From the human T2T-CHM13v2.0 reference genome, Homo sapiens: a stretch of 64,000 bases of DNA. Below are positions 63,811 through 64,000 of this stretch, piece after piece. Below the pieces are notes generated by a model that saw only the letters and a list, made by a program, of their open reading frames with translations, had not been told where the DNA came from and searched no databases. Where the stretch lies: the NCBI RefSeq assembly GCF_009914755.1, contig NC_060925.1. One strand, 5' to 3'. The stretch's first letter is position 1. Each line of letters starts with the position of its first letter. A program made the position numbers and the translations under genes.

Positions 63811-64000
63811 CGACCAGCACTAGAACTGGGCTGGGTCAGATCTGAAGCCAGCACAGCAAAGGACCTTCCCTTCAGGGTGGTGAGTTCTCCCAGGCCCCAG
63901 GTGTGTCCAGAGATACTATCTGGTGGCCAGGGATTAGAATAAAAAAAAATAGCATTTTACCTGATATTCTATTTTACTGTGGCTAAGTTGACATTCAAAC

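Overview
This is mammalian (primate-type, almost certainly human) genomic DNA containing the GPR88 locus, which is on chr1p21 from recall. The only intact protein-coding gene is GPR88 on the + strand. It has a putative non-coding exon 1 (~8520-8883), a ~405-nt intron with a (TC)18(TG)18 tract, an uninterrupted 384-aa class A orphan GPCR CDS (9362-10516) inside a CpG island, and a ~1.9-kb 3'UTR. The rest is repeat-dense intergenic DNA: nested L1s, Alus, MIR/L2, MaLR LTRs (MLT1/MST/THE1), a decayed ERV1-class provirus, an MLT2A/HERV-L 5' fragment, DNA transposons (MER20, MER5A, MER2, piggyBac MER75) and an RPL7A processed pseudogene. The most notable observation is in the spliced GPR88 5' leader. 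It carries a 65-codon uORF, invisible in the unspliced ORF track, that encodes a hydrophobic segment followed by a basic tail. The uORF is in frame with GPR88 and separated from it by one TAG, and a tandem acceptor 4 nt away would shift its stop onto the GPR88 start codon. Other findings are a short unidentified mRNA retrocopy with TSDs inside an old L1, several short locally templated insertions/duplications, a twin-primed L1 and an L1-truncated HERV-L. Repeat subfamily names come from recalled consensus similarity by eye, not from a RepeatMasker run.
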